Part shown: positions 34,420-44,161 of the stretch, in pieces
How the letters are laid out: each line of letters starts with the position of its first letter
Position numbering within the stretch: position 1 is the first letter of the stretch
From: a virus
DNA: 64,000 bases
IMG/VR virus record: IMGVR_UViG_3300038393_000351
Coordinates: 1 to 64,000 of that record
Direction: 5' to 3' (one strand)
Made by a program: the position numbers and the translations under genes
The notes under the pieces: model-generated
Databases searched by the model: none
The model's input: only the letters and a program-made list of their open reading frames with translations
What the model was told of the DNA's origin: nothing

Positions 34420-35302
34420 GATTCTCTCCGTCTAGCGTTTTACGGTATTGGATCCACCCATCAAAGTTGCCGTGAAGATGTGGATTCGCCCATCCTTCGT
34501 ATCGATCATTTGCAGTACACCAGATGTGTTGATCAGGAGTCGCTTGGTGCTCTGCAGGTGAAGCGTGGATGGGATGTTTGGATAGTAACTTCTTATTTAG
34601 CTCGAGAGCGCGATCGGGTGTCATGATTTTTCCATCAACAGTTTTATATGATACCGATGCTGAGCGAGCGATAGAGAGTGCGATCTGTTCATCGTGATTG
34701 AACCCCAGCTTCTCCTCGTCAGTAACCCATGGGAGGTGCCATTCTCCAGGTTCAAGAATTTGAGGAATCGATTCATCACGAAGTCGCTTCATCTCAACAG
34801 CAAGGTGATAGATCTCATCTTGAGGAACCGGCATCCCATCTTCATTGAGCTCAGTCCTCAGAGCGAAGAAGTTGTTCCACTCAGTCGATGTCACTTGAAC
34901 GTTGATGTAACCGAACCACTCCAGCATTCGGTTAGCCCACTGCTTGTGTACGTTCAGTTTAGCCAACTGAAAAGCTGCTTCAGTGCACGTTTCCGCGGCA
35001 AACTTCCATACTTCTTCAGCTTCAATCTGATCTTCGGGAGAGAGCCAATCACCTGGCTGCATGCCGGGTTTGTTCTGACGAAACCTGGGAATGAACATAT
35101 CATCCGACGACCAAGACAACATCTTTTCAACGGGAATAGCCCTAGACGAAGACGCGTTCCTGGAGAACACTCTGTGTGTCATGAACTCCGCGTGGATAGC
35201 CCGCCAATAACGGAGCCTATAAGTCGTGATTCGTTTATATGGTTCTATAGATGAAATTGAATCTAGAATAATCTCTACAATATAATTCAAGCGTAGCTCC
35301 AA
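34406..35302 (-). CDS. thyX: FAD-dependent thymidylate synthase-like
   Basis: HAEFMTHRVFSRNASSSRAIP, HKQWANR, HASPAEH. Confidence 0.85.
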   Translation of the reverse strand: MELRLNYIVEIILDSISSIEPYKRITTYRLRYWRAIHAEFMTHRVFSRNASSSRAIPVEKMLSWSSDDMFIPRFRQNKPGMQPGDWLSPEDQIEAEEVWKFAAETCTEAAFQLAKLNVHKQWANRMLEWFGYINVQVTSTEWNNFFALRTELNEDGMPVPQDEIYHLAVEMKRLRDESIPQILEPGEWHLPWVTDEEKLGFNHDEQIALSIARSASVSYKTVDGKIMTPDRALELNKKLLSKHPIHASPAEHQATPDQHIWCTANDRYEGWANPHLHGNFDGWIQYRKTLDGENLEYR

Positions 35303-36348
35303 TGCGCGATCTCACTCTCAGCGGCGAGACCTCGATAAGTGTTTGCTTTAATGATTTCAAGGATTATATCAGGGTCGACGCCGTTTTTAACCATGTCATT
35401 GACGTCTTTTTCTTTAGAGCTTCTCGGCCAGACGACTACTCCATATCCTGCCGACACAGCTTTGAGAAGCTTGTGCTTAGTGTCAGCTGATCTCGGCTCA
35501 TTGTCGAAGACGACGACCGTTCTTTTAGGATCATAATCCTTAAGGGTCGTGTAGTCTCCTCCCGCGAACGCAATACCATTAGGGATGAACATGGCGTCGA
35601 GCGGTCCCTCGAATGCGTAGACGGTACCATCGGAAATACGATCTGCACCCCATATCTTTGGGCTGTCTTCTTCAATTTTGATAGTGATGTACTTAACGCT
35701 TGATCTTTCTCTGTAGTCCCGTCCTTGAAAGGCAATGAGTTTACCTCCTTGATTATAGAACGGAATGATGAGCCTAGAGTGATCAGTTCTCGGTGTGCAG
35801 AGTTCATCTTTGAATGTTCCCGGAACGACGGTGTTCGTCCACGTATAGAAACACGGACAGTGATAGAGGAGTGTGAGATCCGGCAGACAACGCTTCTCGC
35901 AGAACTTACGTGCGTAGTGAGTTTCAGGAAGCGTGTCTATGCGCTTGAGAAATCGGAGAGGATCGTCGCTGTCGCATGCGGCGGATGCGCTCGGTCCCTT
36001 ATCATTGAACTGCGGTCCGCCCGTCTTGAATGAAGTCCCGGGTTCCCGGGTCCGTTTCCTCATCCATAGACCAGCGACGATCCTCTCCTTCTGGTACTCA
36101 TCGTATAGAACGGGATCAACCCGCTTAAAGAACGATGAGAATTGCATCGACCCACACACGTTGTGGCACGTGTAGATCGTAGAACCCTTCTTCTCAGTTA
36201 TGTATCCGCGCGCTTTTCTCTTGTTCTTCTTTGAATCACCGCAGATCGGGCAGGAGAAGTTGAACGTTCTATCATTTATCCTACGGTAGTTTCGAAACTT
36301 TCCCGTCAGGATATTTAGGTATTTTTGCTCCAGCCAATTCATCTTCAT
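35287..36348 (-). CDS. 61: DNA primase (gp61)
   Basis: CPICGDS..K.RG; TOPRIM EGPLD, DNEPR, KDVND. Confidence 0.95.
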   Translation of the reverse strand: MKMNWLEQKYLNILTGKFRNYRRINDRTFNFSCPICGDSKKNKRKARGYITEKKGSTIYTCHNVCGSMQFSSFFKRVDPVLYDEYQKERIVAGLWMRKRTREPGTSFKTGGPQFNDKGPSASAACDSDDPLRFLKRIDTLPETHYARKFCEKRCLPDLTLLYHCPCFYTWTNTVVPGTFKDELCTPRTDHSRLIIPFYNQGGKLIAFQGRDYRERSSVKYITIKIEEDSPKIWGADRISDGTVYAFEGPLDAMFIPNGIAFAGGDYTTLKDYDPKRTVVVFDNEPRSADTKHKLLKAVSAGYGVVVWPRSSKEKDVNDMVKNGVDPDIILEIIKANTYRGLAAESEIAHWSYA

Positions 36349-36640
36349 AACTCTTCACGTAGTCTACAACGAGTTCACCGAGCTGATCGATCTTCTCGAT
36401 GATGAACTCAGCGTGGTCCTTCAGCGGACCCTGAACGTACGATGGGAGGTTGTGGTGTTCGAAGTAGTAACCCCGCTTGTCCCAATCGCCCTGAAAATTC
36501 TTGTTGTCGATCAGGAGATTCTTAACACACTTCGACAGTGCTTTGAACTCACGTCTCATGAGTTCATCCGGCTCCATGGGCTTTCTCTCTTTCATTCGAC
36601 CCATCCCATGACGATCATCACGCCGAGAGCAGCCATGCAT
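36281..36640 (-). CDS. hypothetical protein
   Basis: ORF; start uncertain. Confidence 0.55.
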   Translation of the reverse strand: MHGCSRRDDRHGMGRMKERKPMEPDELMRREFKALSKCVKNLLIDNKNFQGDWDKRGYYFEHHNLPSYVQGPLKDHAEFIIEKIDQLGELVVDYVKSYEDELAGAKIPKYPDGKVSKLP

Positions 36641-36674
36641 ACACCGATCACGATCAGGGGAATGATCTGGATCA

Positions 36675-36923
36675 TCATGGTTTATTCCTCACGTACATGC
36701 TCCCGTCCCATTGAAACTGGTGAGTTGGAACACCCTTCTCAAACTCACCATCATCCCACATTATATCATAGACGGTGAGAAAATAAACCGATGAGAAGGG
36801 ATTCTCCTTGGCGGGGCGAGTCTCCTTGATCTCGCCCCAGCGCTCCCTGCCTTCCCTGTAGTCGATGACGAACACAGTTGGCCACGCGACCACACCCCAG
36901 AGTTTCTTAAAGAAAGTGATCAT
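36675..36923 (-). CDS. hypothetical protein
   Basis: GAGGAG RBS before MITFFKK. Confidence 0.6.
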   Translation of the reverse strand: MITFFKKLWGVVAWPTVFVIDYREGRERWGEIKETRPAKENPFSSVYFLTVYDIMWDDGEFEKGVPTHQFQWDGSMYVRNKP

Positions 36924-36934
36924 CGGTGAGCTCC

Positions 36935-37057
36935 TCAGGTTAAGTCGCACTTGGTGCACGCCCAGTGTCCGTCTCTCCAGTCGATGCGCTCGCCACCGCA
37001 CTTTGGGCAGAGATACCCAAAGGAGACGATGCTCATGATCCAGTAGAAGAACCTCAC
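36935..37057 (-). CDS. 40-aa zinc-ribbon peptide
   Basis: CPKC...CTKC; GTGA overlap. Confidence 0.5.
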   Translation of the reverse strand: MRFFYWIMSIVSFGYLCPKCGGERIDWRDGHWACTKCDLT

Positions 37058-37308
37058 GCCGCTCTCCTAAACGAGACTACGTTGGTGTGCTCAGTCAGAA
37101 GCGATGCTTCGGTACCGCCGGTCGGAGGAGTGTTCTTCGGATCTTCCTTCTTCGGTCTCTCGAAGATGAAGGCGAATCCCATTCCGGGTTTATCTGACGG
37201 TACAACGTGGTACAGAGTCCATCCCGGATTGTTCGTCGTGAACTTATTGACTGCGTCGGTACCGGAGATACCGTGATCAGCCATGATGATCTTATAGTCT
37301 TTTGACAT
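37054..37308 (-). CDS. DUF4177-like small protein
   Basis: YKII...N....GW.L...FIFERPK. Confidence 0.6.
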   Translation of the reverse strand: MSKDYKIIMADHGISGTDAVNKFTTNNPGWTLYHVVPSDKPGMGFAFIFERPKKEDPKNTPPTGGTEASLLTEHTNVVSFRRAA

Positions 37309-37460
37309 CAGTGAACGACCCTCTTCCGCCTCATAACGATGATCATCGAACTATCGGAAGCCGCAAGGCTAACGAACTCATAACCCTCGTCTACCAAGGA
37401 GTTGATTCTGTCTTCCAAGTAACCAGTGTGAGTGTCTCGAATTACTCGATAATCATACAT
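37308..37460 (-). CDS. DUF4177-like small protein (50 aa)
   Basis: MYDYRVI...INSLVDEGYEFVS...IVMRR; GGAG RBS. Confidence 0.55.
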   Translation of the reverse strand: MYDYRVIRDTHTGYLEDRINSLVDEGYEFVSLAASDSSMIIVMRRKRVVH

Positions 37461-37490
37461 CGTTTTCTCTCCAAGGAATTTATGTTCTTG

Positions 37491-37605
37491 AAAATACTGT
37501 TCAGATGCACCAATGTAAACTTATTTCACACCATGTTTTTGGTAGTGTTACCACTGAACGGGATGGACTCAGCGAGAATCTATCGTTCCCGAACCGTTTT
37601 GTAAA
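37491..37605 (-). promoter_or_regulatory. tandem early promoters
   Basis: TTTACA-N17-TAGATT (37605-37577) and GTTTACA-N17-TATTTT (37520-37491). Confidence 0.6.
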
Positions 37606-37618
37606 GGATTTGGTACCT

Positions 37619-37828
37619 TTATTGTTTGCTTATTGTTATATTATCTAATGGGATAATCGGATTGATCATCTGATAGTTTCCTTTGCAAGCCGGGTAATCG
37701 ACTTCCGTAGCAAGAGATGACGACTTAGGTCTATTCACATACGTCGATGTTACGGTGAAGCTAATGAAGAGGATGCCGAGGATGATTGTCAAGTCCCTGA
37801 GGACGCCGATGATCTTTTCATGCAACAT
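37619..37828 (-). CDS. small membrane protein
   Basis: One TM segment. Confidence 0.55.
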   Translation of the reverse strand: MLHEKIIGVLRDLTIILGILFISFTVTSTYVNRPKSSSLATEVDYPACKGNYQMINPIIPLDNITISKQ

Positions 37829-38059
37829 TTACGATGCTCCTAGTTTTACGAAAAAACCCTTGAATTTATCATAGTAAGTAAAGACAAATCCAGCTAGAGA
37901 TCCGAGTGCGATAAGAGCGGCTCCTCCGCCCTTCCATCTGTCAGCCATTTTTGAGACTTTCTCGCTCTTCTTCTCCAGCTCTTCGACCTTCTCTTCTAAT
38001 AGATCGTACTTGAGTTGAAGAACAGCGAGTTGAACTGCTACTTCACTGTTTGCCGCCAT
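37829..38059 (-). CDS. coiled-coil plus TM protein (holin-like candidate)
   Basis: N-terminal coiled coil; RWKGG followed by a TM segment. Confidence 0.55.
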   Translation of the reverse strand: MAANSEVAVQLAVLQLKYDLLEEKVEELEKKSEKVSKMADRWKGGGAALIALGSLAGFVFTYYDKFKGFFVKLGAS

Positions 38060-38465
38060 CGGTTTTCCCCACCCTTCGAATAACGTCGTTGATGATTTTC
38101 TTCTTTCTAGTCTTTAAGAGTGGGTCGTACGTGTTGATGGGACCAGAGGTAGAGCTCGATGCTCCCATGCTGTTCGTCGGCGCGTCTTCTTTGATGCTGT
38201 GATAGTGCTTCAAGTGCTTGTCTAAAGCTTTAGCGCTGATAAAGCGCTCCTTTGAATGTGAATGAGCAGCCACCGGTGTAGACGTAACTTCCATCCTTCC
38301 AGTCTCGGGACTGCGGCTTAGAGAATGAGTGCGTAGGTGGGTCTTGGCGCCTGAGCTGTGTGTGTATGTCTTATAATCGCTGGTAGTGTAGCCGTGCTTC
38401 TGGAGAGTGCGGTGCATCTCTTTAAACTCGTCTTTCTTACCAAAGAACTTCTCGCTGATCATCAT
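38043..38465 (-). CDS. late/virion-associated hypothetical protein
   Basis: IKEDAPTNS...YDPLL motif seen in T4-like late blocks. Confidence 0.6.
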   Translation of the reverse strand: MMISEKFFGKKDEFKEMHRTLQKHGYTTSDYKTYTHSSGAKTHLRTHSLSRSPETGRMEVTSTPVAAHSHSKERFISAKALDKHLKHYHSIKEDAPTNSMGASSSTSGPINTYDPLLKTRKKKIINDVIRRVGKTDGGKQ

Positions 38466-38851
38466 ATCCCCCGAAGTTTTTCAACGATCACTGGATCCAT
38501 CTGAATTCCAGTCAGATCCAACACACCTTTTTTTCTTACGTCCTCGATTTCATCCGGCATAATATTCAGTAGAACCAAAAACGGCTTAATCATATTGAAT
38601 TGATTCTCCATCTTGAGATAGAGAATCCGCGCTAGGTACTCATATCCAAATACATTATTAAGAACTATCAGGTGATTGAGTATCAGTCTCTCCTTAAGCT
38701 CACCGGTTTCAACGTACCTAGTCAGCAGCTTCTTGATGTACTTAATTCGAGATAGATCTTCAAAAAATTCCGTATCTGTAGTGCACTGTGTGTTTAAGTA
38801 CTTCTTCGACGTAAAGAGTACGAAATTCTCATCATTTAAAACTTCATTCAT
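38462..38851 (-). CDS. conserved T4-like hypothetical protein
   Basis: EFFEDLSRIKYIKKLL.RY...LKERLILNH. Confidence 0.8.
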   Translation of the reverse strand: MNEVLNDENFVLFTSKKYLNTQCTTDTEFFEDLSRIKYIKKLLTRYVETGELKERLILNHLIVLNNVFGYEYLARILYLKMENQFNMIKPFLVLLNIMPDEIEDVRKKGVLDLTGIQMDPVIVEKLRGI

Positions 38852-38853
38852 TA

Positions 38854-39168
38854 TTAAAAGTCGCTTCCCAACACCCTCTTTACGTGATTGTTTGAAGTCG
38901 TATAGTATAGATACGTTCCATCCGACCAAATGACACCTGAATCAACGTTCAGTGCTGCTGAGTTAGCGGGTGTTCCCAGAGGGGAAACCACGCGAAGACT
39001 GACTAGATTAGCAGCAACGTTATCGGTGTTTAGAAACAGATCGGAGATGGCGATCGTAGCCGTGTTAGATGTGTCTGAAGCGGCGTTTGAAACGAACACA
39101 ACGCGATCAGACGCCTTTGCAGACGTCTTGATCGGTAGATTCCTAGTTGTCTTTTCCTCTCCAGCCAC
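38854..39168 (-). CDS. putative virion structural protein
   Basis: TPANS...G.IWSDGTYLYY fibre-like motif. Confidence 0.65.
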   Translation of the reverse strand: MAGEEKTTRNLPIKTSAKASDRVVFVSNAASDTSNTATIAISDLFLNTDNVAANLVSLRVVSPLGTPANSAALNVDSGVIWSDGTYLYYTTSNNHVKRVLGSDF

Positions 39169-39178
39169 TTCTCAATCC

Positions 39179-39760
39179 TTAGACTGGGAAGACGGTCGTA
39201 TTAGTAGGTGTGTTGATTCCGCCGGCTACGAGAGTCTCATATGAAACTCGTCCCGCGCGTCCACCCAAGTTCACGGTGAATGCAGCGTTTGATCCAGCGG
39301 ATGCACCGGCCGTTGAGTTGGTGACAGTAACAGTTCCTGCACTGACGAATCCCTCACCTTGGCTCGTGATAGTGACCGATGTGATTCCACCAGTTGCGTT
39401 GGTGACGATCGTTCCAGCAGCGTTTACAGTTCCACCCGATACTTCGACCAAGTCAGTGTTGGAGTAGCCATCACCTCCCAGTGATATGTCGACTGAGGAT
39501 ACGCCGCCCGTTCCAGCCACACGTAGATTCCAACCAGTATGATTGACTTTCTTAGCTTCTCCACCAGTGTTCGCCAGGTGCTCCTCGGCAACACCAAATA
39601 CACCATCTGCTTGGTGAGTGATGAACGCTCCTGAAGTCGTGTTCTGATAGAGAGCGGTTGTATTAGCTACTTGTGCCGTTGGACCCGATCCAATCGAGAG
39701 GTTTTGTGCTCCGTACTTCGGCGAGTTGTTAGCCTGATCAATTGAGCCAAATAATGACAT
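39179..39760 (-). CDS. putative virion structural protein
   Basis: HTGW...GGRAGRVSYETLVA; G/T-rich; late promoter and AGGAG RBS. Confidence 0.75.
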   Translation of the reverse strand: MSLFGSIDQANNSPKYGAQNLSIGSGPTAQVANTTALYQNTTSGAFITHQADGVFGVAEEHLANTGGEAKKVNHTGWNLRVAGTGGVSSVDISLGGDGYSNTDLVEVSGGTVNAAGTIVTNATGGITSVTITSQGEGFVSAGTVTVTNSTAGASAGSNAAFTVNLGGRAGRVSYETLVAGGINTPTNTTVFPV

Positions 39761-39781
39761 TTGAAAGTTTCTCCTTTTTCT

Positions 39782-39789
39782 TATTTATC
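39782..39789 (-). promoter_or_regulatory. late promoter GATAAATA
   Basis: Intergenic late-type motif. Confidence 0.55.
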
Positions 39790-39798
39790 TAGCTGTGA

Positions 39799-41349
39799 TT
39801 ATGAGGCACTCGGACGGATGTTGTGCTCAGCTTCGTGTTGATCGGCTGAGTTGGCATGGCGCTCGGCATTATCTAGATGATAATCACCTCGATCGTCGGC
39901 TCCTAAGCGGAATGCTCTGGCTGCCTCTCGGTAAGAATCCGCTGCGCGTCCGTGAAGATGAGCAGCCATATCGTGCTTCTTAGCTAGGCCATAATTCTCA
40001 TCATTTTCATGATGAGCAGTCATCTCCTCGTGGTGTGCTTGCATAGATTCATGATGCTTGGCTATCTGAAGTGCATTAGTTCCGGCCTGAGCAAAAGCCT
40101 CACTAACGTCTTCTTTAGCAAAAACACGAGGACGATGACCGCCACCTAACTTATCGATGGCTAAATTCATTCCTTTCGTGCGATTCTTCTGTTTACGTTT
40201 CCACGCCGGAAGATCTTCATCGCTTGGATTTGTATAAAGCCTGTGTGCGTAATCGAGGTCTGCTTTGTCGAGATATCGATCGATCTTCTTAACTGAAGCT
40301 TCATTCACATCTATCTCTTCAGACATCTGCTTGAATTTCTTAGCACCATACTTCTTACGACCGATTGCAGCCGCTAAACCAGCTGGATTATAGACTCCCT
40401 TCTCATGAGAGAGCTTCTTCTCCAGCTTCTTAAAGCCGATGTGCTTTTCGTCGAGCACTTTCGCTGAAATTTCTTGAAGATCATACTGAACTAAAGCAAC
40501 AGTATCTTCAAACATGACAGTTAGTTCTGCAATGAACGATGTGTCGCTAGTCTTAGCTTCTAGAATCTGACCGATACCTAATTCATCATGCTCAACGATC
40601 CACTCATTTGAGTTAAACACCGAGATCGCCAGATCGTGTTCGAGCTGTAGAGCACGCCTCTCATTCGCTTGAACGATAGCGCGACCCGTCAATGAAGATA
40701 CATCACCTGTGAAGTAAGCGGTTTTCGCACGCTCGATGTTCTCGACGAGCTTCTTCTGCTCCTCAGAAACCGGCATCTCGCCCGGCTCCTCGTCTTTAAT
40801 CTTGGGTTTCAGGTTGATCTTAGTCTTCTCCGATCCATCGACTTCATCTTCTTTCTCTGAGTCCGACTTCTGATCCGAACCGTCTCCATCCTTCGACTTA
40901 TCGAGTTCATCATCGGAATCTTTAGAATCGTCGGAATCTTCGTCATCTGATTTCGAATCATCATCGCTCGAGTCGTCTGGAACTTCTTTCTCTTCAGCTC
41001 CATCGTCGTTCGAATCGTCTTTTACTGGAGAATCACTCTTCTTTTTTGGTTTGGAATCATTGCCGGATTCATCCGAATCATCTGATTTCTTTGAAGAAGC
41101 CTTATCGGAATCCCCATCGTCCGATTTTGAGTCATCCTTCTTCTTGTCCTTTGATGGAACTTTCTGCTCAGCTTTACTACCATCCAGAACTTTACCATCT
41201 CCATCACCGTCCTTGGTGTGAAGCTTAGTCACTTTCCCATCCTTAGTCTTAACGTCGATCTCGATGTCGTCGTCTTTCTTATCTTTCTTTTCAGGCTTCT
41301 TACCTTCAAGGATGAGCAGCGCTGCTTTTAATAGATCCAAATCGGGCAT
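39799..41349 (-). CDS. modular low-complexity late protein (possible internal head protein)
   Basis: K/D/S-rich N-terminal third; several hydrophobic-x-E junctions; His-rich C-terminus. Confidence 0.65.
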   Translation of the reverse strand: MPDLDLLKAALLILEGKKPEKKDKKDDDIEIDVKTKDGKVTKLHTKDGDGDGKVLDGSKAEQKVPSKDKKKDDSKSDDGDSDKASSKKSDDSDESGNDSKPKKKSDSPVKDDSNDDGAEEKEVPDDSSDDDSKSDDEDSDDSKDSDDELDKSKDGDGSDQKSDSEKEDEVDGSEKTKINLKPKIKDEEPGEMPVSEEQKKLVENIERAKTAYFTGDVSSLTGRAIVQANERRALQLEHDLAISVFNSNEWIVEHDELGIGQILEAKTSDTSFIAELTVMFEDTVALVQYDLQEISAKVLDEKHIGFKKLEKKLSHEKGVYNPAGLAAAIGRKKYGAKKFKQMSEEIDVNEASVKKIDRYLDKADLDYAHRLYTNPSDEDLPAWKRKQKNRTKGMNLAIDKLGGGHRPRVFAKEDVSEAFAQAGTNALQIAKHHESMQAHHEEMTAHHENDENYGLAKKHDMAAHLHGRAADSYREAARAFRLGADDRGDYHLDNAERHANSADQHEAEHNIRPSAS

Positions 41350-41933
41350 TATGATCTCCTTGATTCTAAGATTCTCTTCACCACCGAGAGGGTGTTGTCT
41401 TTTGGTTGTGGTTCTACAATGACAGTCTCACCTAATAGATCGGCGTCCAGCTTTCTAGCACGTCCGCCGGCGATGAATGAGTTCACGCGATTGAAGCCGT
41501 CTGACTCATCACCGAGTTCAGCGCCGCGTGAATAGACTTCAAAGATCGTGTCTAGTGGAATCTCGTATTCGTTTGATTTCTTGATCAGGGCGCGCATTCC
41601 ATCTTCTGAGATGTCCTCACGAAGGGACTTCAGGGATTTTGATCGATTGCGGGTCAGGATGGTCTTAAAGCGATTCCAGATCACCGTATCATTGAAGAAA
41701 ACATCTAGGAGAGTGTTCAGGATCTCGGCTGTGTATTTTCTTGTGATCTGATTATTAACGCCGTCTACTGGATTAGCCAGGACTCGCTTATAGAGATTGA
41801 GCTTTCCCTGCTCCTTGGCTAGTCCTAATCTCAGGAGATAATCGATCTTCTGAGACGAGCGCGACTCTTCGATAGGGAGCTGCTGGCTATCAATATAGTT
41901 TATGGCTGATTCAATCGCGTTGTCGCGTTTCAT
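41349..41933 (-). CDS. conserved T4-like late protein
   Basis: LLRLGL; L.KKS...I...VYSRG...FNRVNSFIAGG...D.DL. Confidence 0.7.
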   Translation of the reverse strand: MKRDNAIESAINYIDSQQLPIEESRSSQKIDYLLRLGLAKEQGKLNLYKRVLANPVDGVNNQITRKYTAEILNTLLDVFFNDTVIWNRFKTILTRNRSKSLKSLREDISEDGMRALIKKSNEYEIPLDTIFEVYSRGAELGDESDGFNRVNSFIAGGRARKLDADLLGETVIVEPQPKDNTLSVVKRILESRRS

Positions 41934-42005
41934 TCTGAGTTTCCCGTGGGCTTGATCAGTGATAGCCAGCAGTGTTCGCCGTAGCCGGAACTGCCGTATT
42001 CCTCT

Positions 42006-42013
42006 TATTTAGG
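42006..42013 (-). promoter_or_regulatory. late promoter CCTAAATA
   Basis: Directly after a terminator, at the head of the late block. Confidence 0.6.
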
Positions 42014-42015
42014 GC

Positions 42016-42045
42016 AAAAGAAAACCCACGGAAGACCGTGGGTTT
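42016..42045 (-). terminator. intrinsic terminator
   Basis: aaacccacgg-tctt-ccgtgggtttt-cttt. Confidence 0.75.
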
Positions 42046-42091
42046 GTCAACTTCGTGCCACTTAAATGGCATATTATGATTCACGAAGATA

Positions 42092-42715
42092 TCAAATAGG
42101 AACAAAGATCTGGTCTGAAACCGACTTCACGTCCTCTCGATAACCGAGTTCTTTGAGCAGTTCTTTGACTTCAGTTCCAGGCATCTCGGCTACGATCACG
42201 GGACGACACTTCTCGATAGTCTTTACCGCTCCACGTAGAGCAAACCGTTCGTATCCCTCGATATCTAGGGCGATCAGCCCGCAGGAGGGAAGTTCTAAGT
42301 CGTCGATCAACATCGTAGGAATGGAACTTCCGGCTCCAACTTTATGCATTCCCGTATTCACCATCGAGTGACGGGTTACGTCTAAGAGGCCGTGTTTGTC
42401 TCCTAGACCTGCGTTGAGCTTGACGATGTTGTCGTTCTGACAATTCTTGACTAGACAATGGAAGTTCAGGGGATCGGGTTCAAACGTGAAGACTCTCTTG
42501 AATTTACACGAGAGAAGACGAGGATACATACCTTGGTTTCCTCCCGCTTGAACACAATAGTCCCATGTCTTCACGTGTGTGAACCACTTCTTAGAGTGGT
42601 GCTGTTCCCAGTCGGTCTTAGGACCTGACCAAGCACCGTTGTCGGTCTTGATCCAATGCCATCCAACTAATCCATCAACGGATTCGTGGCGGAAGTAAAT
42701 AAGATCTTCATACAT
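42092..42715 (-). CDS. FkbM-family SAM methyltransferase
   Basis: VQAGGNQG, FEP, LDIEGYE..AL.GA...I....PVI. Confidence 0.88.
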   Translation of the reverse strand: MYEDLIYFRHESVDGLVGWHWIKTDNGAWSGPKTDWEQHHSKKWFTHVKTWDYCVQAGGNQGMYPRLLSCKFKRVFTFEPDPLNFHCLVKNCQNDNIVKLNAGLGDKHGLLDVTRHSMVNTGMHKVGAGSSIPTMLIDDLELPSCGLIALDIEGYERFALRGAVKTIEKCRPVIVAEMPGTEVKELLKELGYREDVKSVSDQIFVPI

Positions 42716-44101
42716 CTATGAGATATCCGAGAATCTTGACATATCACCGAATCCCTTCGCTTTGGAGAAGTTCGCTGGTCTAGGTGCTGGGTCAGAAGCG
42801 ATGTCCTTCTGAGCTTGAGGATCGAGATCGAACAACCTCATCTTTGGTTTATCGATTCCAATTAAGAATCTCTTGTCGATGTTCTCATCGCGATATCGAT
42901 TCTTAAGCTGCTTGATCAGAAGCTGGTTCTGAGACGCGAGCTGCTCGTTCGTAGTCATAGCCAACATAAGATCCGCAGTGGCCGGCAGACCAAAGGATTC
43001 AGAAGTGTGCTCGAGTCCTGGATCTGAGTTAGTGAAGCCCTCTCTGTTCATCTGAGTAGCCGTGACGATCGGAACGTTGAACTCCACTGCCAGTCCGCGA
43101 ATCTCCTCCGCTATAGCCTTAACATATGTATAGGAGTTTACAGAACCTCCCATCTTTATCCGAGAGGATATACAGATGTTCAGATAGTCGATGTAGATGA
43201 TATCCGGTTTGAAGTTCTTCTTGATCCGAAGTTCATTGAGCAGGTGCCTGAAGTTAGCAGCTCCAGCAGAGGACGTCGGATACTCCTTGATGATGAGCTT
43301 TCCCTTAGTCTTCGCTTTAAGCTTCTCGATCCTCGCTTCGTATGTGTTCCTGGGAAGAGTCTCGAGTTCATCGATCGTAACGTCGAGAAGGTTAGCGTCG
43401 ATTCGCTGAGCAACCATCTCCTCTGAGAGTTCGTTCGTGATGTACAGAACATTGAGACCAGCCGCTAGGTTAGCCGACGCCATATGACACATGACGAGAG
43501 ACTTACCGACACCGGTTCCTCCAAGAAGAACTGTCAGTGTCTTTCTATAGATGCCTCCCCTCGTGATCGTATTGAAAAACTCGATGTCGAATGGAATCCT
43601 CGCTTCTACTCGGTGATAGAAGTCAAACCGCTGTCCCCAATCTTCGATGAAGTCGTGTCCGATGCTCGTGTCGAATGAGACGGCCAGAGCATCCGACATG
43701 ATCTTGACGATGTGACCCTTATCGTGAACTTTATCCTGACCGTCTAAGATCTTGATAGAAGCTCGGATTCCATTTTGAATTGCCTGATCTTGACAGAACT
43801 CCTCAGTTCGATCAACGAGCCAATCAACGTCGGTCTGATCCTGTGGCGGTGTAAGCTCCGTGACGAGCGTCTCCGAGCACTTGTAGAGATCTTCATTAGC
43901 TCCGGCGTTGGACTCGACTTCGATGTTCAGTGCATCTAGAGTCGGAACGCTGTGATACTTATCGGTGTAGTCCTTGATTAGTTCAAAGACCAACCGCTCG
44001 GATTGGTCTATGAAGTATTCAGGCCTGATGAATGGTATTACTTTACGCCAGTATTCAGTTGAGTGGAGTAGGTTCTGCAGGATCAAACGTTCTATATTCA
44101 T
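42716..44101 (-). CDS. 41: replicative helicase (gp41)
   Basis: GGTGVGKS, IDYLNIC, TATQ, SESFGLPATAD, QLKNRY. Confidence 0.96.
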   Translation of the reverse strand: MNIERLILQNLLHSTEYWRKVIPFIRPEYFIDQSERLVFELIKDYTDKYHSVPTLDALNIEVESNAGANEDLYKCSETLVTELTPPQDQTDVDWLVDRTEEFCQDQAIQNGIRASIKILDGQDKVHDKGHIVKIMSDALAVSFDTSIGHDFIEDWGQRFDFYHRVEARIPFDIEFFNTITRGGIYRKTLTVLLGGTGVGKSLVMCHMASANLAAGLNVLYITNELSEEMVAQRIDANLLDVTIDELETLPRNTYEARIEKLKAKTKGKLIIKEYPTSSAGAANFRHLLNELRIKKNFKPDIIYIDYLNICISSRIKMGGSVNSYTYVKAIAEEIRGLAVEFNVPIVTATQMNREGFTNSDPGLEHTSESFGLPATADLMLAMTTNEQLASQNQLLIKQLKNRYRDENIDKRFLIGIDKPKMRLFDLDPQAQKDIASDPAPRPANFSKAKGFGDMSRFSDIS

Positions 44102-44161
44102 TATTCCTCTTTAGTCAGTAAAAATCAATTATAACATCCTGCAGCAACCTATTAAATCAGT

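Noticed and set aside
40800-41300. DNA tandem repeat in the K/D/S-rich region
   Set aside because: Low-complexity coding sequence without a fixed repeat unit
44120-44155. MotA-type middle promoter upstream of gene 41
   Set aside because: TATAAT is present, but the TTGCT element is too close to fit MotA box spacing
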